Origin: a virus
Lineage: Duplodnaviria > Caudoviricetes
IMG/VR virus record: IMGVR_UViG_3300030376_001612
Span: 1-64,000 of that record
Direction: 5' to 3' (one strand)
Length of the DNA: 64,000 nt
Position 1 is the first letter of the stretch, and each line of letters opens with the position of its first letter. The notes under the pieces are model-generated. The model did not search any database. It was not told the origin of the DNA and saw only the letters and a list, made by a program, of their open reading frames with translations. Shown in pieces: positions 39,936-50,208 of the stretch. Made by a program: the position numbers and the translations under genes.

Positions 39936-40918
39936 TAGTAGATAAACAAAAAGAAGAAGAGTTTTTTAGTAAAGACTTTAACTTCAGTTATTCATCACTG
40001 AATAGGCTGCTATTTTCTCCATCTTTGTTCTACAAAGACTATATATTAAAAGAAAAAGAAATTAGGTTAGATAAGCATCTTGTAGAGGGTAGTGTAATAC
40101 ACTGCCTTCTATTTGAAGCTGATAAACTAAAAGAAAAGTTCAAGATTGTACCTGGTAAAACACCATCAGATAGTGTAAAGAAAGTATTATATAATATGCT
40201 ACAATACACAGATGCTGTATCACTAGATAAAGTTGAGGACTTTGTTATACTTGATTCTCTTAAAGAGATTAACCTTTATCAGAGTCTCAAGAAAGATGAG
40301 CAGAGAATTGCTAAAATAAGAACATCAGATAACTCAGACTATTGGGCATTCATGATGAATGATATCAAAAATATTATTGATCTTGACACGCTTAATAAAT
40401 GTAAAGATAGAGTTGAGCTACTAAATAACAATGAAGAAGTTAAAACAGCATTGGCTCAAAAACAATCAGACTTTGAACTAGATCCCATTACAACTCATGC
40501 AGAAGCATATTTGAAATGTGAACTTGCAAATTATGATTTTGGATTACATGGGTACATTGACTTTTATGAAGTAAATGATGACACAAAAGAAGTAACTATA
40601 TATGATTTAAAAACTACATCAAAAAGTATCACGGATTTTAAAGATACTGTAGAGTATTATAACTATTGGTTACAGGCGGCTGTATATAGCAAGCTTGTGT
40701 TTGAAAATTTACCAGAAGAAAAGAAAGATTATACTATTAGATTTAGATTTATTGTAATAGATAGTTATGATCAAGTGTATATTTTTAATGTATCTATTGA
40801 GTCTATGTCAAGCTGGATGGATGACTTATTTAATGCTTTAGAAGCTGCAAAACACCATTTTGACACCAAAAACTTTAATTTACCTTATGAATTCTTAATA
40901 AGAAGGGTTAATTTATAG
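39932..40918 (+). CDS. PD-(D/E)XK exonuclease (RecE/DUF3799-like)
   Basis: SYSSL, GSVIH, HGYID, YDLKTT, YWLQAAVY. Confidence 0.8.
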   Translation: MIVDKQKEEEFFSKDFNFSYSSLNRLLFSPSLFYKDYILKEKEIRLDKHLVEGSVIHCLLFEADKLKEKFKIVPGKTPSDSVKKVLYNMLQYTDAVSLDKVEDFVILDSLKEINLYQSLKKDEQRIAKIRTSDNSDYWAFMMNDIKNIIDLDTLNKCKDRVELLNNNEEVKTALAQKQSDFELDPITTHAEAYLKCELANYDFGLHGYIDFYEVNDDTKEVTIYDLKTTSKSITDFKDTVEYYNYWLQAAVYSKLVFENLPEEKKDYTIRFRFIVIDSYDQVYIFNVSIESMSSWMDDLFNALEAAKHHFDTKNFNLPYEFLIRRVNL

Positions 40919-40919
40919 T

Positions 40920-41501
40920 ATGAAGAGTGTTTATACAGAGTATTTTCAAAAAAGTAAGGTCTTTCTATACCCACTACTACGTTTAAAGAAAGGAATTGAC
41001 TATGTTCCTGCAGAAACGTACTGTTTTTGGGATGAAATATATGACCATACTGACTATAAATTTATTTGTCTATATAAAACTAAATATAATACTAGCTTTC
41101 AAGACTTTCAAATAAAACATTTACCATTATTAAATAATAAAATGGAACATTATGATTTGGGAGAAGAACAAATTATAATATTTGACATGAAAGACTTTAG
41201 ACATGACTATGATAAATTTATAGAAGGGAGATACTCTGCATTCGGTGTAGACAGTAAGATAGCTATCCTTGATTACTTTGGTGGTCAAGGAAAGATATCA
41301 TCATATGTTCAATCTTTTTTAAGCCCTGATGAAGATTTACATAAATTATATTCTGAATTTTTTAATGTTGACTTTGAGCTTATACAAGAAGTACACGAGT
41401 TATGTAGTGCTCCTGATAAAATAAAAGAAACACTTTATTATTCATATCCTATGAAAATAGATTTGCATAATTTCAAAAATTCATTATCTTTGGGAAAATA
41501 A
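40920..41501 (+). CDS. Hypothetical protein
   Basis: ORF track. Confidence 0.65.
   Translation: MKSVYTEYFQKSKVFLYPLLRLKKGIDYVPAETYCFWDEIYDHTDYKFICLYKTKYNTSFQDFQIKHLPLLNNKMEHYDLGEEQIIIFDMKDFRHDYDKFIEGRYSAFGVDSKIAILDYFGGQGKISSYVQSFLSPDEDLHKLYSEFFNVDFELIQEVHELCSAPDKIKETLYYSYPMKIDLHNFKNSLSLGK
41462..41492 (+). promoter_or_regulatory. Bacteroidota promoter (TTTG-N19-TATCTTTG)
   Basis: Consensus -33/-7 pair. Confidence 0.65.
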
Positions 41502-41507
41502 TCAAAT

Positions 41508-41924
41508 ATGAGTATAGGTAAAAACATGATGCTTGTTAACTCTTCTTTTAGAGGAGCTAAGAGTTTTAATTTAATTCCTGTGAGCAAAGAAGCTCCGTAT
41601 ATTGAAGCCATGTTTGACCCATCATCTGGTATTCTAGCATGTATTGGTGTGAATAATAAACAATCATTCCATATGGTGCCAAGATTAAATGATGACGGTC
41701 AACCAATGAGGCTTAAGGTTCCTAATAAAGCAACCGGTAAAACTGTTAAAGAACAAAGAGTAAGTCAACAAACCTATTCTGAGTACTATGTAGCTGAAAA
41801 AAATGATATTGAAAATTTCATAAACATTTTTGCAATCAATGCAGATACATTTGATTATAAACAGTTTATTGATGTTGATATTAAAAAAACGGAAACATCT
41901 AAAATTATATTACCAGGACAGTAG
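41508..41924 (+). CDS. Hypothetical protein
   Basis: ORF track; own promoter and terminator. Confidence 0.65.
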   Translation: MSIGKNMMLVNSSFRGAKSFNLIPVSKEAPYIEAMFDPSSGILACIGVNNKQSFHMVPRLNDDGQPMRLKVPNKATGKTVKEQRVSQQTYSEYYVAEKNDIENFINIFAINADTFDYKQFIDVDIKKTETSKIILPGQ

Positions 41925-41955
41925 TGGGTCCAATTACTACTATCCTTAAAAAAAG

Positions 41956-41980
41956 AAGCCTATTGACGTAGGCTTTTTTT
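41956..41980 (+). terminator. Rho-independent terminator
   Basis: AAGCCTA-TTGACG-TAGGCTT-TTTTT. Confidence 0.75.
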
Positions 41981-41997
41981 GGCTATAACAATTACAT

Positions 41998-43995
41998 ATG
42001 CATATGAAACATTGGGTAATGGACTATGAAACCCTATCAAACTGCTTTGTTGCAGTATTTAAACACTATAAAACTGAAGAGCAAAAGGTGTTTGTAATAC
42101 ATGAACTGAGAGATGATAGAGATGCTTTCATTGAGTTCTTAATACAAAATATAAATAATAGAGAGTGGCACATTTCATTCAATGGCCTTGCCTTTGATGC
42201 ACAGGTCACTCATTATATAATAGATAATCATAAGGATTGGAGACACGGAACTGCTGATGAAGTTGCAAGAGCCATATATAGATATGCACAAAAAACTATA
42301 ACTGCTGCAAACAACAAACAGTTTTCAGAATATCCAATATGGAAAATGGTTATAGGGCAGATAGATATATTTAAAATGCATCACTGGGATAATCCTGCTA
42401 AGCGCTCTAGCTTGAAGTGGATTCAGTACAGTATGGATTGGCAAAATATTCTTGATATGCCTTTGTCTCATGAGACAGAAATAGAGACGCAAGAACAACT
42501 TGACACTATAATAGAATACTGTATAAATGATGTTGAGTCAACTAAAGAAATCTTTAATAGATCTAAATCTTTAGTAAGTTTACGTAAAACATTGACAAAA
42601 GAGTATGGTATTAATCTATTTAGCGCATCAGAACCAAGAATAAGTAAAGAACTATTTGGTTATTACTTATCTAGACTATTAAATATACCTAAAGGTGAAT
42701 TAAAAAAGATGAGAACTTATAGAGAAACTATAAAGTTCAAAGATATAATATTGCCTTATGTTAATTTTAAGTCTGCTGAGTTTAATGTTCTATTAGATAG
42801 ATTTAAACATGTTGAACTAGACCCATCTAACTTAAGAGGTGGTTTCAAGTACAACATAAACTATAAAGGGGTCAACACACACTTTGGTTTAGGTGGTGCA
42901 CATGGTGCACGTCAACCTGGGGTGTATGAATCAGATGAAGAACATATAATTATGTCTTCAGATGTTACATCATTCTACCCGAATCTTGTAATCAAGAACA
43001 AATGGTCACCAGGACACTTCCCTGCGGATGAGTTTTGTGACCAGTATGAATGGTTCTTCAAAGAAAGAAAGAAGATACCTAAGAGTAATCCTATGAACTA
43101 TGTTTATAAGATTATATTAAACTCAACATTTGGCTTGAGTAATGATATAAACAGTTTCTTTTATGATCCTGAGCTTTGTATGAAGATTACAGTAAATGGT
43201 CAACTAACGTTGATGATGCTGTATGAAATGATTATGGAAGCTATACCTGGGTCAATATCATTACTACAGAATACAGATGGTATAGAGATTAGAATACCAA
43301 GAGAACAAAAACAAAAGTATCTTGAGGTATGTGCAGAATGGGAAGAGATAACAAATCTACAACTTGAGCATGATGAGTATCAAAAGTTAGTACTTGGTGA
43401 TGTAAATAATTACATTGGGTTAAACAGCTTTATACAAGTACCTATTGATACATATAGAAGCATTAAACAAAAGAGTCCACATTATCTATTTAAAGTAGAT
43501 AAAGATAAATTCTACTATGCTCCTACAAAGCTCAAGGGTAGATTTGATTTTCACAACTTAATGTTGCATAAAAATAAATCTAAACTTATTATACCAAAAG
43601 CTATCTACTATTACTTTATATATGATATGTTACCAGAAGAATACTTGAATCAAAATAAAAACATCCTTGACTACTGCATAGGTGGTAAGTCAAAAGGTGA
43701 TTGGCAACAAGTTTCTAGAACAATAGTTAATGGTGAATTTCATGAAGAAAAGTTACAGAAGATAAATAGATATTATATATCAAAGACCGGTGTCAAGATT
43801 ATAAAAGTAAATAAGAATGACAATAGAGAAATACAATTAGAGTCCGGTAAATGGTTACAAACTATCTATAATAAGATGGAAATAGAACCTAAATGGGAAA
43901 ATTATAATATCAATAAATCTTATTATCTATCTGCTATAGAGCAAGAGATAAATAATATTCTTAAGGTATCAACAAGCCAGTTAGAATTATTTTAA
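41998..43995 (+). CDS. polB: DNA polymerase family B
   Basis: Exo DYET, FNG..FD, YCINDV; pol DVTSFYP, YKIILNSTFG, NTDG. Confidence 0.9.
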   Translation: MHMKHWVMDYETLSNCFVAVFKHYKTEEQKVFVIHELRDDRDAFIEFLIQNINNREWHISFNGLAFDAQVTHYIIDNHKDWRHGTADEVARAIYRYAQKTITAANNKQFSEYPIWKMVIGQIDIFKMHHWDNPAKRSSLKWIQYSMDWQNILDMPLSHETEIETQEQLDTIIEYCINDVESTKEIFNRSKSLVSLRKTLTKEYGINLFSASEPRISKELFGYYLSRLLNIPKGELKKMRTYRETIKFKDIILPYVNFKSAEFNVLLDRFKHVELDPSNLRGGFKYNINYKGVNTHFGLGGAHGARQPGVYESDEEHIIMSSDVTSFYPNLVIKNKWSPGHFPADEFCDQYEWFFKERKKIPKSNPMNYVYKIILNSTFGLSNDINSFFYDPELCMKITVNGQLTLMMLYEMIMEAIPGSISLLQNTDGIEIRIPREQKQKYLEVCAEWEEITNLQLEHDEYQKLVLGDVNNYIGLNSFIQVPIDTYRSIKQKSPHYLFKVDKDKFYYAPTKLKGRFDFHNLMLHKNKSKLIIPKAIYYYFIYDMLPEEYLNQNKNILDYCIGGKSKGDWQQVSRTIVNGEFHEEKLQKINRYYISKTGVKIIKVNKNDNREIQLESGKWLQTIYNKMEIEPKWENYNINKSYYLSAIEQEINNILKVSTSQLELF

Positions 43996-43997
43996 TT

Positions 43998-44195
43998 ATG
44001 AGTAAATACAAAGGACAGAAGTTCTTTAATGTTTGGTACATTCCGCATGATAAAATGTGGAGTGAACCAAACCCATCACTGTATAAAAAGTGGATGGGCG
44101 TTTGGGCACCCAATAAAAAGTCAGCTACAAAACAAGCTGAGGAAGACGGGTTTGTCAAATGGATTGAAGAAGAAAAACTAAATATTGAAAAATGA
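43998..44195 (+). CDS. Small hypothetical protein
   Basis: ORF track. Confidence 0.5.
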   Translation: MSKYKGQKFFNVWYIPHDKMWSEPNPSLYKKWMGVWAPNKKSATKQAEEDGFVKWIEEEKLNIEK

Positions 44196-45025
44196 TTAAG
44201 GTTCAAACAACAAAAACTCTAACCACAAAACCTAATAACAATAGTGCAAATTGCATAGCCCCTAATGTAATCTACGGATGCATGGGTGGCTGTGTGAACA
44301 CTTATTGTTATATGGCTAGATATAACGGTAAAAGAGTATACGTAAATAAAAACGTTGATCAAATATTCAAGTCTGTTGTTGAATGGGAAAAGACATTTGT
44401 AAAAGTCCCAGACCAACAAGACCCTATATATACAATGGTAGATGTTGCTTGTAACACAGATTTAGTTCTGATGCAAAGACATATGCCAGAGCCTTTACAT
44501 GATTATCTTAAGCGCTATGATGATCATCCTCAACTTAATAGTACAATGGCTACAAAGTATCCTAATCTCCTTAAACTGGATGTTAATCACTTTAATAAGA
44601 AACCCAGGGTAAGGGTAAGTCTAATGCCTCAGATATATTCTGATATACTTGAACCAAAGATGCAGAAAATATCAGGTAGAATAGTAGATATAGACCGGTT
44701 AAAAGACTTAGGATGGGAAGTCCACTGTAATTATAGTCCATTAATATTCTATCCAGGATGGAAAGAAGAGTACAATACACTATTTCGTGTAGTAAAAGAG
44801 ATTGCTGGAGTTAATAAGTGTGAGGTAATAGCATTAACTAATCACAGAAACCAAATGGCTAAGGCTACACCAGAAGCTCAAGAACTAATGAGAAGATCTT
44901 CTGAAATAAAAAATCACTCAGGTGTTATGAGGTATCCAATACAACATAAAACCAGATTGTTATCAGAATTTAAGGAGATTTACAAAAAATATTTTCCATT
45001 AAACACAATAAGATATATATTTTAG
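44192..45025 (+). CDS. splB: Spore photoproduct lyase-like radical SAM enzyme
   Basis: GCMGGCVNTYCY, ACNTD, ATK, RVRVSLMPQ, EP...R, NYSPLI..PGW..EY. Confidence 0.8.
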   Translation: MIKVQTTKTLTTKPNNNSANCIAPNVIYGCMGGCVNTYCYMARYNGKRVYVNKNVDQIFKSVVEWEKTFVKVPDQQDPIYTMVDVACNTDLVLMQRHMPEPLHDYLKRYDDHPQLNSTMATKYPNLLKLDVNHFNKKPRVRVSLMPQIYSDILEPKMQKISGRIVDIDRLKDLGWEVHCNYSPLIFYPGWKEEYNTLFRVVKEIAGVNKCEVIALTNHRNQMAKATPEAQELMRRSSEIKNHSGVMRYPIQHKTRLLSEFKEIYKKYFPLNTIRYIF

Positions 45026-45077
45026 TTTGTTGGCTCAGTATTTTTTATTATATTTACACTTTAAAAGTTTATAAATT

Positions 45078-45968
45078 ATGGGATACACAAAACCAAAAGA
45101 GACTACCAGACAATATCTGGAGTCACAACCTTTACCAACACATGGTAAAAGCTATACAGTCATACCCCACGCTAGGGTAATTGACACAACACTTAAACTG
45201 TTGAATGACAGTGGATTTAGTGTAACAAAAGAGATGTACAGAGCTAATATGAATGCAAATGTAGCACAGGGTATATACCACATTACTCCTCTAGCTACAT
45301 CAGATGAAAAGGTCAGTAAAGAAACTGAACTAGGGATGATGTTTGCTTGGACTAACTCATATGATAAGTCTACAAGATTTCAGTGCTCTATTGGAGGATA
45401 CGTTATGGTATGCTACAATGGTACATGTAGTGGAGATCTTGCAAACTTTGCACGTAAACACACAGGTTCAGCAGACATTGATATAAATACTCAGATATCA
45501 AGCCAGATAAAAAGAGCTGAGTTAATATTTAGAAAGATTATAGATGACAGAGACTTCTTAAGAAATACAGATATGTCTATGGAAGCACAAGCAAAAATGC
45601 TTGGTATGCTTTACTGTGATTTAGAACTTCTAGATAATACACAAATGAGTATTGCTAAGTCTGAGATGGATAAGCCCTCTTTTAATTACAACTGTAATCC
45701 TGAGACGGCATGGACTTTCTATAATCATGTTACACATGCATTAAAAAAGAGTCATCCACGTACATGGTTAAAAGATACACAGAGATTTCATGATTACATT
45801 ACCTCTTTACTTAAAGGTAATAATATAAACACTGAAAAAACTCCAGTATTATACAATCCTAACAATAAGATATCAGAAATGCAAATAGATGATACTGATT
45901 GGTTAGAGATACCAAATACTGTAGATGTAGATATTGTGCAGAACAGAGTGGAAAACATGCTTAGATGA
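45078..45968 (+). CDS. DUF932-like protein
   Basis: YTVIPH, NSYDKS, VCYNG, RKHT, WTFYNHVTHALK. Confidence 0.7.
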   Translation: MGYTKPKETTRQYLESQPLPTHGKSYTVIPHARVIDTTLKLLNDSGFSVTKEMYRANMNANVAQGIYHITPLATSDEKVSKETELGMMFAWTNSYDKSTRFQCSIGGYVMVCYNGTCSGDLANFARKHTGSADIDINTQISSQIKRAELIFRKIIDDRDFLRNTDMSMEAQAKMLGMLYCDLELLDNTQMSIAKSEMDKPSFNYNCNPETAWTFYNHVTHALKKSHPRTWLKDTQRFHDYITSLLKGNNINTEKTPVLYNPNNKISEMQIDDTDWLEIPNTVDVDIVQNRVENMLR

Positions 45969-46135
45969 CATGGGAAATTGTAATTAGCGTTATAATTTTA
46001 TATGTTTGTTTAAGCTTGGTCTTTTCAGACAAGTGGCACAAGTATTAGAGTTTGAAGGGGTGTAACCAGCTGGAGTAAGTCATAATTGATTATAATTAGT
46101 CCAACACCCCTTTTACTCTTTAATTTAAATAGCTT

Positions 46136-46336
46136 ATGAAATATTTATTACTTATTGTGTTTGCAGGTATTTTTACTTGTGGGCCCAAATATGATATTAA
46201 TAAAGACCCCGAGGTCTTAGATTGGTATATAGATGATAATGATACCATTATATATAGAAAAGAAGATTCTATTAGAGATGCCCGTGATAGATGGGAGTAT
46301 CATAGAAGTCTTGCACATGATAGTTTATGGGAATGA
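46136..46336 (+). CDS. Small lipoprotein
   Basis: MKYLLLIVFAGIFTC lipobox-like. Confidence 0.5.
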   Translation: MKYLLLIVFAGIFTCGPKYDINKDPEVLDWYIDDNDTIIYRKEDSIRDARDRWEYHRSLAHDSLWE

Positions 46337-46512
46337 AAAAAATAAAAGAATATTTATATGGCTTAGCCATGCAATCACCATTGCGTAAATGGGCCTTGTC
46401 TTTGACAGGCTGGAAGTGGTGGTTTTATCAGATAGTAGTTTGTGGTATCATATTCCTAATAATGGAATGGTTACTTAATAAAATTGGAATGACAATGTTA
46501 CCTTGGAAATAA
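46327..46512 (+). CDS. Small membrane protein
   Basis: Trp-rich, one TM. Confidence 0.5.
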   Translation: MGMKKIKEYLYGLAMQSPLRKWALSLTGWKWWFYQIVVCGIIFLIMEWLLNKIGMTMLPWK

Positions 46513-46513
46513 T

Positions 46514-46864
46514 ATGAATGCAAAACAAAGAAAAGAACGCCCTGTATATACAGGAGTGTTAAAGTATTTCCCTGATGCAATAATGGAGGTTGCTAAAGTT
46601 TCCTTAGCTGGGAACCAACAGCACCATCCAGATAAACCTTTGCATTGGGACAGAGCTAAAAGCACAGATGAACTTGATGCACTAGCTCGCCACCTTATAG
46701 ATGCAGGTAAAATTGATGATGATGGTCAACGTCACTCAGCCAAAGTTGCCTGGAGAGCTCTAGCTAATCTACAGAAAGAGATTGAGGCTGAGAGAGATCA
46801 AACAAAAAAAGATTACAAGATTCAGCCAGGAGATGCTGGAACTGAAAGTGCTTATATAATATAA
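46514..46864 (+). CDS. dATP/dGTP diphosphohydrolase domain protein (DUF5664)
   Basis: FPDAIMEVAKVS..G, DALARHL, HSAKVAWRAL. Confidence 0.7.
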   Translation: MNAKQRKERPVYTGVLKYFPDAIMEVAKVSLAGNQQHHPDKPLHWDRAKSTDELDALARHLIDAGKIDDDGQRHSAKVAWRALANLQKEIEAERDQTKKDYKIQPGDAGTESAYII

Positions 46865-46865
46865 T

Positions 46866-46892
46866 AAAAAAGGGCCCATGAAGGCCCTTCTT
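46866..46892. terminator. Bidirectional terminator between convergent blocks
   Basis: AAAAAAGGGCC-CATGAA-GGCCCTTCTT. Confidence 0.7.
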
Positions 46893-47001
46893 ACAAGAGT
46901 ATTAGTTATTCCGTTAATTTCTACTCTCTATCCCCAAGCTGGTGGAACCGGTGCCGGTTCTCCATCTCTTCTTGAATGTTTATTATTCATAGTTATTTAT
47001 T

Positions 47002-48012
47002 TTAGAATGTTGATAATGCGGCTCTTTTCCATGTATTAGTTGCAGTGCACACATAAATATGTCCTGCATCTATTCTTATTTGACCTGGAGTCCCTGCTGC
47101 AGTTGCACTAGATGGCGCTGCATTTAATGCATTAAGATTAAACTCTTTAGCATTAACGGATCCTGCAGTGTCTAAAGGTAAATCTGCTTCATTATGTATA
47201 AACTGTGCTGTCCCTGTTGCTGTTCCATTATACTTATGATAGATACCTTTGTAATTTACCAATGTCTCACTATCCTTTTTATAGTTAAGGTATATCTGAT
47301 ATGCATCATTTATTGTAGCTGCTGCATTAAGATCTATCTCGTAGTATCCAGAATAAACATTATTAATATTATTGTCTGCATTACCTATATTAATAGTGTT
47401 ATGGTGAGCAATTATGAAAGCAGTAGTATCCGTACCTGTTCCTTTTATAGAGACTTGATTACTATGACCGTATAGACTACTTACTTGTTTATTACCAACA
47501 CCGTCCATCTCTGCAATATTGATCTGGCCAATAACAAAGTAGGCATTACCACTTCCCTTAAATTCACTCTTAACCTGTTGTGCAACAAGTTGAGGAAATC
47601 CACCTGAGTATGCAGTTTCAACTTCTAAACTAGCCATTCGTAAGTACTGATTCGTACCACTTGCCTGAGAACCGTGAAACTGAACTTTCTCGTTAAGTGC
47701 TATCTGGATACTGTTATCACTCGTTCTCTTTGCAAACGTAACTAATGACGTATTCTCTACTGGATTAAACTGTGCTGTTGAATCACCTATAACTCGTAAT
47801 CTATTAAAGTCTGAAGCTGTTTCTAGTACATTTGCAACTGCACTCGCTAGATCTGTAACTCTAACTAACTTTGCTTCTGGATTGTGTACAGGAGTTCCTG
47901 GTCTGTTTCCTTTATCAATACCAATCGGTATATAATCTTTAGCTTTTGGTACGCCACCAGTAACAAACTGATTTTTGTTAAACATGCTGGCTAAATCTTG
48001 AAATATATTCAT
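47002..48012 (-). CDS. Virion fibre protein
   Basis: C-terminal APSSATAAGTPGQIRID...YVCTATNTWKRAAL; N-terminus shared with 48032. Confidence 0.7.
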   Translation of the reverse strand: MNIFQDLASMFNKNQFVTGGVPKAKDYIPIGIDKGNRPGTPVHNPEAKLVRVTDLASAVANVLETASDFNRLRVIGDSTAQFNPVENTSLVTFAKRTSDNSIQIALNEKVQFHGSQASGTNQYLRMASLEVETAYSGGFPQLVAQQVKSEFKGSGNAYFVIGQINIAEMDGVGNKQVSSLYGHSNQVSIKGTGTDTTAFIIAHHNTINIGNADNNINNVYSGYYEIDLNAAATINDAYQIYLNYKKDSETLVNYKGIYHKYNGTATGTAQFIHNEADLPLDTAGSVNAKEFNLNALNAAPSSATAAGTPGQIRIDAGHIYVCTATNTWKRAALSTF

Positions 48013-48031
48013 TTTATTATTTTTAAATTGT

Positions 48032-50197
48032 TTATCCTGCTGATACTTTTAATGTACCATTATCATTCCATAGTACTCCTTTTGAGACAGGGTCACTTGT
48101 AGGTAAGTCCTGCATTACTACTCTTCCGTCAGTAACTTTTAAGTTTGAAAATCTACCTTGACTTTCTATTTCATCTTGAAAGAATAACTCATATTTTCCT
48201 GATACTTGCGCTGAAGAATTTCCTGAGAATACATAATCACATCCTGCTGTATATGTCTGTCCACTATTTTGAAACTTTGCAAATGTTGTGTCTTTACCTG
48301 CCCAAAGTAAGTTAAATGGAGGTCTGCCCATTGTACTTGAAGTTAAAGTAGTATCTCTAAAATATACATATACTGTTGATGGTAATACTACATCATCCAT
48401 GGCAGCATTTGGTGCACTATTTCGTGCATCAATAACTCTTAACCCTAAAGTACCATTTCCTGGTGATGATCCATTACCGTCTATCTTTATACTTACTGGT
48501 AGTCTAAGAGACTTTAAAGTTCCTATGTCAGTTGTATATATTTGCAAATTGGTGCTAAGAAAACTTGAGCCACTATAATTAGCTTTATTTATATCAGCTG
48601 TACTTGGTTCTACATTTACTCTAAGACCTGATCCTTGGCTACCTGGTATGCCCAAACCTGCATCATAACCTGAATCTACTGCTGGAGAATATTGCTCAGC
48701 ATATAAATTCCAAGGTAATCCACCTTTAGTTCCTGCTGCAGCACTTTGCCTTTTAAAGAAAATATCTTGTGGACCATTATATGTTTGATTAATATCAGGT
48801 GATCCTGTTGTCTTGTTAGTAATATGAATTGATATGTTATATCTATTACCTGTGTCACTACTATCTGAACCAAAATAATCTATTGTACTATGCATGCATG
48901 ATTCTGTACTTTCTAAAGTAGGACCAATTTTCATAAATCCATTTTCTACAAAGACTTGATCAGCAGCCCAGCCATCTGGCATATTTTTAAACTTCAATTC
49001 TGTTTTACCAGCTGATGTGTACTGCATGCTTACTTCTTGAGATGGTCCCATCAAAAGCTTAGAAGTATTAGTAAATGTAATGTCATCATTAGCACTAATT
49101 GCTATATCGGTTCCACCTGTGGTGTTACCAACTGCTAGTATCTCAGCTAAAGTATCTTGGGTAAGAAGTTGAGTATCTACGTATGCCTTAATAGATTGTT
49201 GAGTTGCTAAGTGAGTGGCAGAATTACTAACCATATTATCCTCATCTTTAATTGCTGTTCCACTTATTGCTGGAGCATCTAATTTTATTCCTCCTGTACC
49301 AGTTGAATGAATATAAGTATAATCACCTTCAGCAATATGATAAATAAGTAATTTATTTCCATCACCAAACTTAGCCTTAATATTGTTTTTATACTGTATA
49401 TCTTTTGTAGCTACAGAGTAACCTAATCCACTATCAACTCTAAAGTACTCATTTTGGCCAGAACCTTTAAGTTTTACATCTCCTTCTGATCTAAGAGTTA
49501 AATCGCTGTTTCTATCATTATGTATTTCTAGTTCACCAGAGGTTTTATTTTCAATTAATATACCACCTTTACTCTCTATACTTAGACCACCAGATCCTGC
49601 TTTAATATTAGCTCCACTGTCGTGGTATATTTCAAGATCAAGGCTATTAGAATTTGAAGAGTTACCAAAAATTAAACGTGAATGCTCAGGAAATTGTGTA
49701 TATACATCAGGATTACCTGTAACAGCCATTGAGCTATTCAAATAAAAATATGTAGTGGAGCTTGAATCACCATCACCATTGTCACCTTGGAATATTAAAT
49801 CTCTACCATCATCTTTATGTCTTATAATTAAGTTACCTGCACCGTTAAATCCTCCACCTTCAATGTAACTATTACTGCCGTCATGATATATTTGTAAATC
49901 ACCGCCTGCACCAAATTTAGCTTTACTTGTATCTGAAAAAGTAACATCATCTCCTGCAGTAACTACTATGTCTTTACCTTCTGTAGTATTTCCTACAACA
50001 AGAACTTCTTTTAAAGGCTGATCTGTAAAGTCTTTGATTTTTTTCATGGTAACAATCTTGACTTCTGGATATTTAATAATTGAGCCAGGTCTATTACCTT
50101 TATCTATTCCTACTGCTAGATAATCTTTAGCTTTCAAAGCACCATTTATAAATTGGTTCTTTGTAAACATTTGTGTGAAATCTTGGAAAAAATTCAT
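48032..50197 (-). CDS. Virion fibre protein
   Basis: Repeated KAKFG.G.DLQIYHDG units; LPTSDP..KGVLWNDNGTLKVS tip. Confidence 0.75.
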   Translation of the reverse strand: MNFFQDFTQMFTKNQFINGALKAKDYLAVGIDKGNRPGSIIKYPEVKIVTMKKIKDFTDQPLKEVLVVGNTTEGKDIVVTAGDDVTFSDTSKAKFGAGGDLQIYHDGSNSYIEGGGFNGAGNLIIRHKDDGRDLIFQGDNGDGDSSSTTYFYLNSSMAVTGNPDVYTQFPEHSRLIFGNSSNSNSLDLEIYHDSGANIKAGSGGLSIESKGGILIENKTSGELEIHNDRNSDLTLRSEGDVKLKGSGQNEYFRVDSGLGYSVATKDIQYKNNIKAKFGDGNKLLIYHIAEGDYTYIHSTGTGGIKLDAPAISGTAIKDEDNMVSNSATHLATQQSIKAYVDTQLLTQDTLAEILAVGNTTGGTDIAISANDDITFTNTSKLLMGPSQEVSMQYTSAGKTELKFKNMPDGWAADQVFVENGFMKIGPTLESTESCMHSTIDYFGSDSSDTGNRYNISIHITNKTTGSPDINQTYNGPQDIFFKRQSAAAGTKGGLPWNLYAEQYSPAVDSGYDAGLGIPGSQGSGLRVNVEPSTADINKANYSGSSFLSTNLQIYTTDIGTLKSLRLPVSIKIDGNGSSPGNGTLGLRVIDARNSAPNAAMDDVVLPSTVYVYFRDTTLTSSTMGRPPFNLLWAGKDTTFAKFQNSGQTYTAGCDYVFSGNSSAQVSGKYELFFQDEIESQGRFSNLKVTDGRVVMQDLPTSDPVSKGVLWNDNGTLKVSAG

Positions 50198-50208
50198 TTT
50201 TTATTATT

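Noticed and set aside
46514-46864. Z-genome (2-aminoadenine) system
   Set aside because: No PurZ or DatZ homologue in the window
46928-46990. 20-codon ORF MNNKHSRRDGEPAPVPPAWG with internal hairpin
   Set aside because: Too short to support from sequence alone
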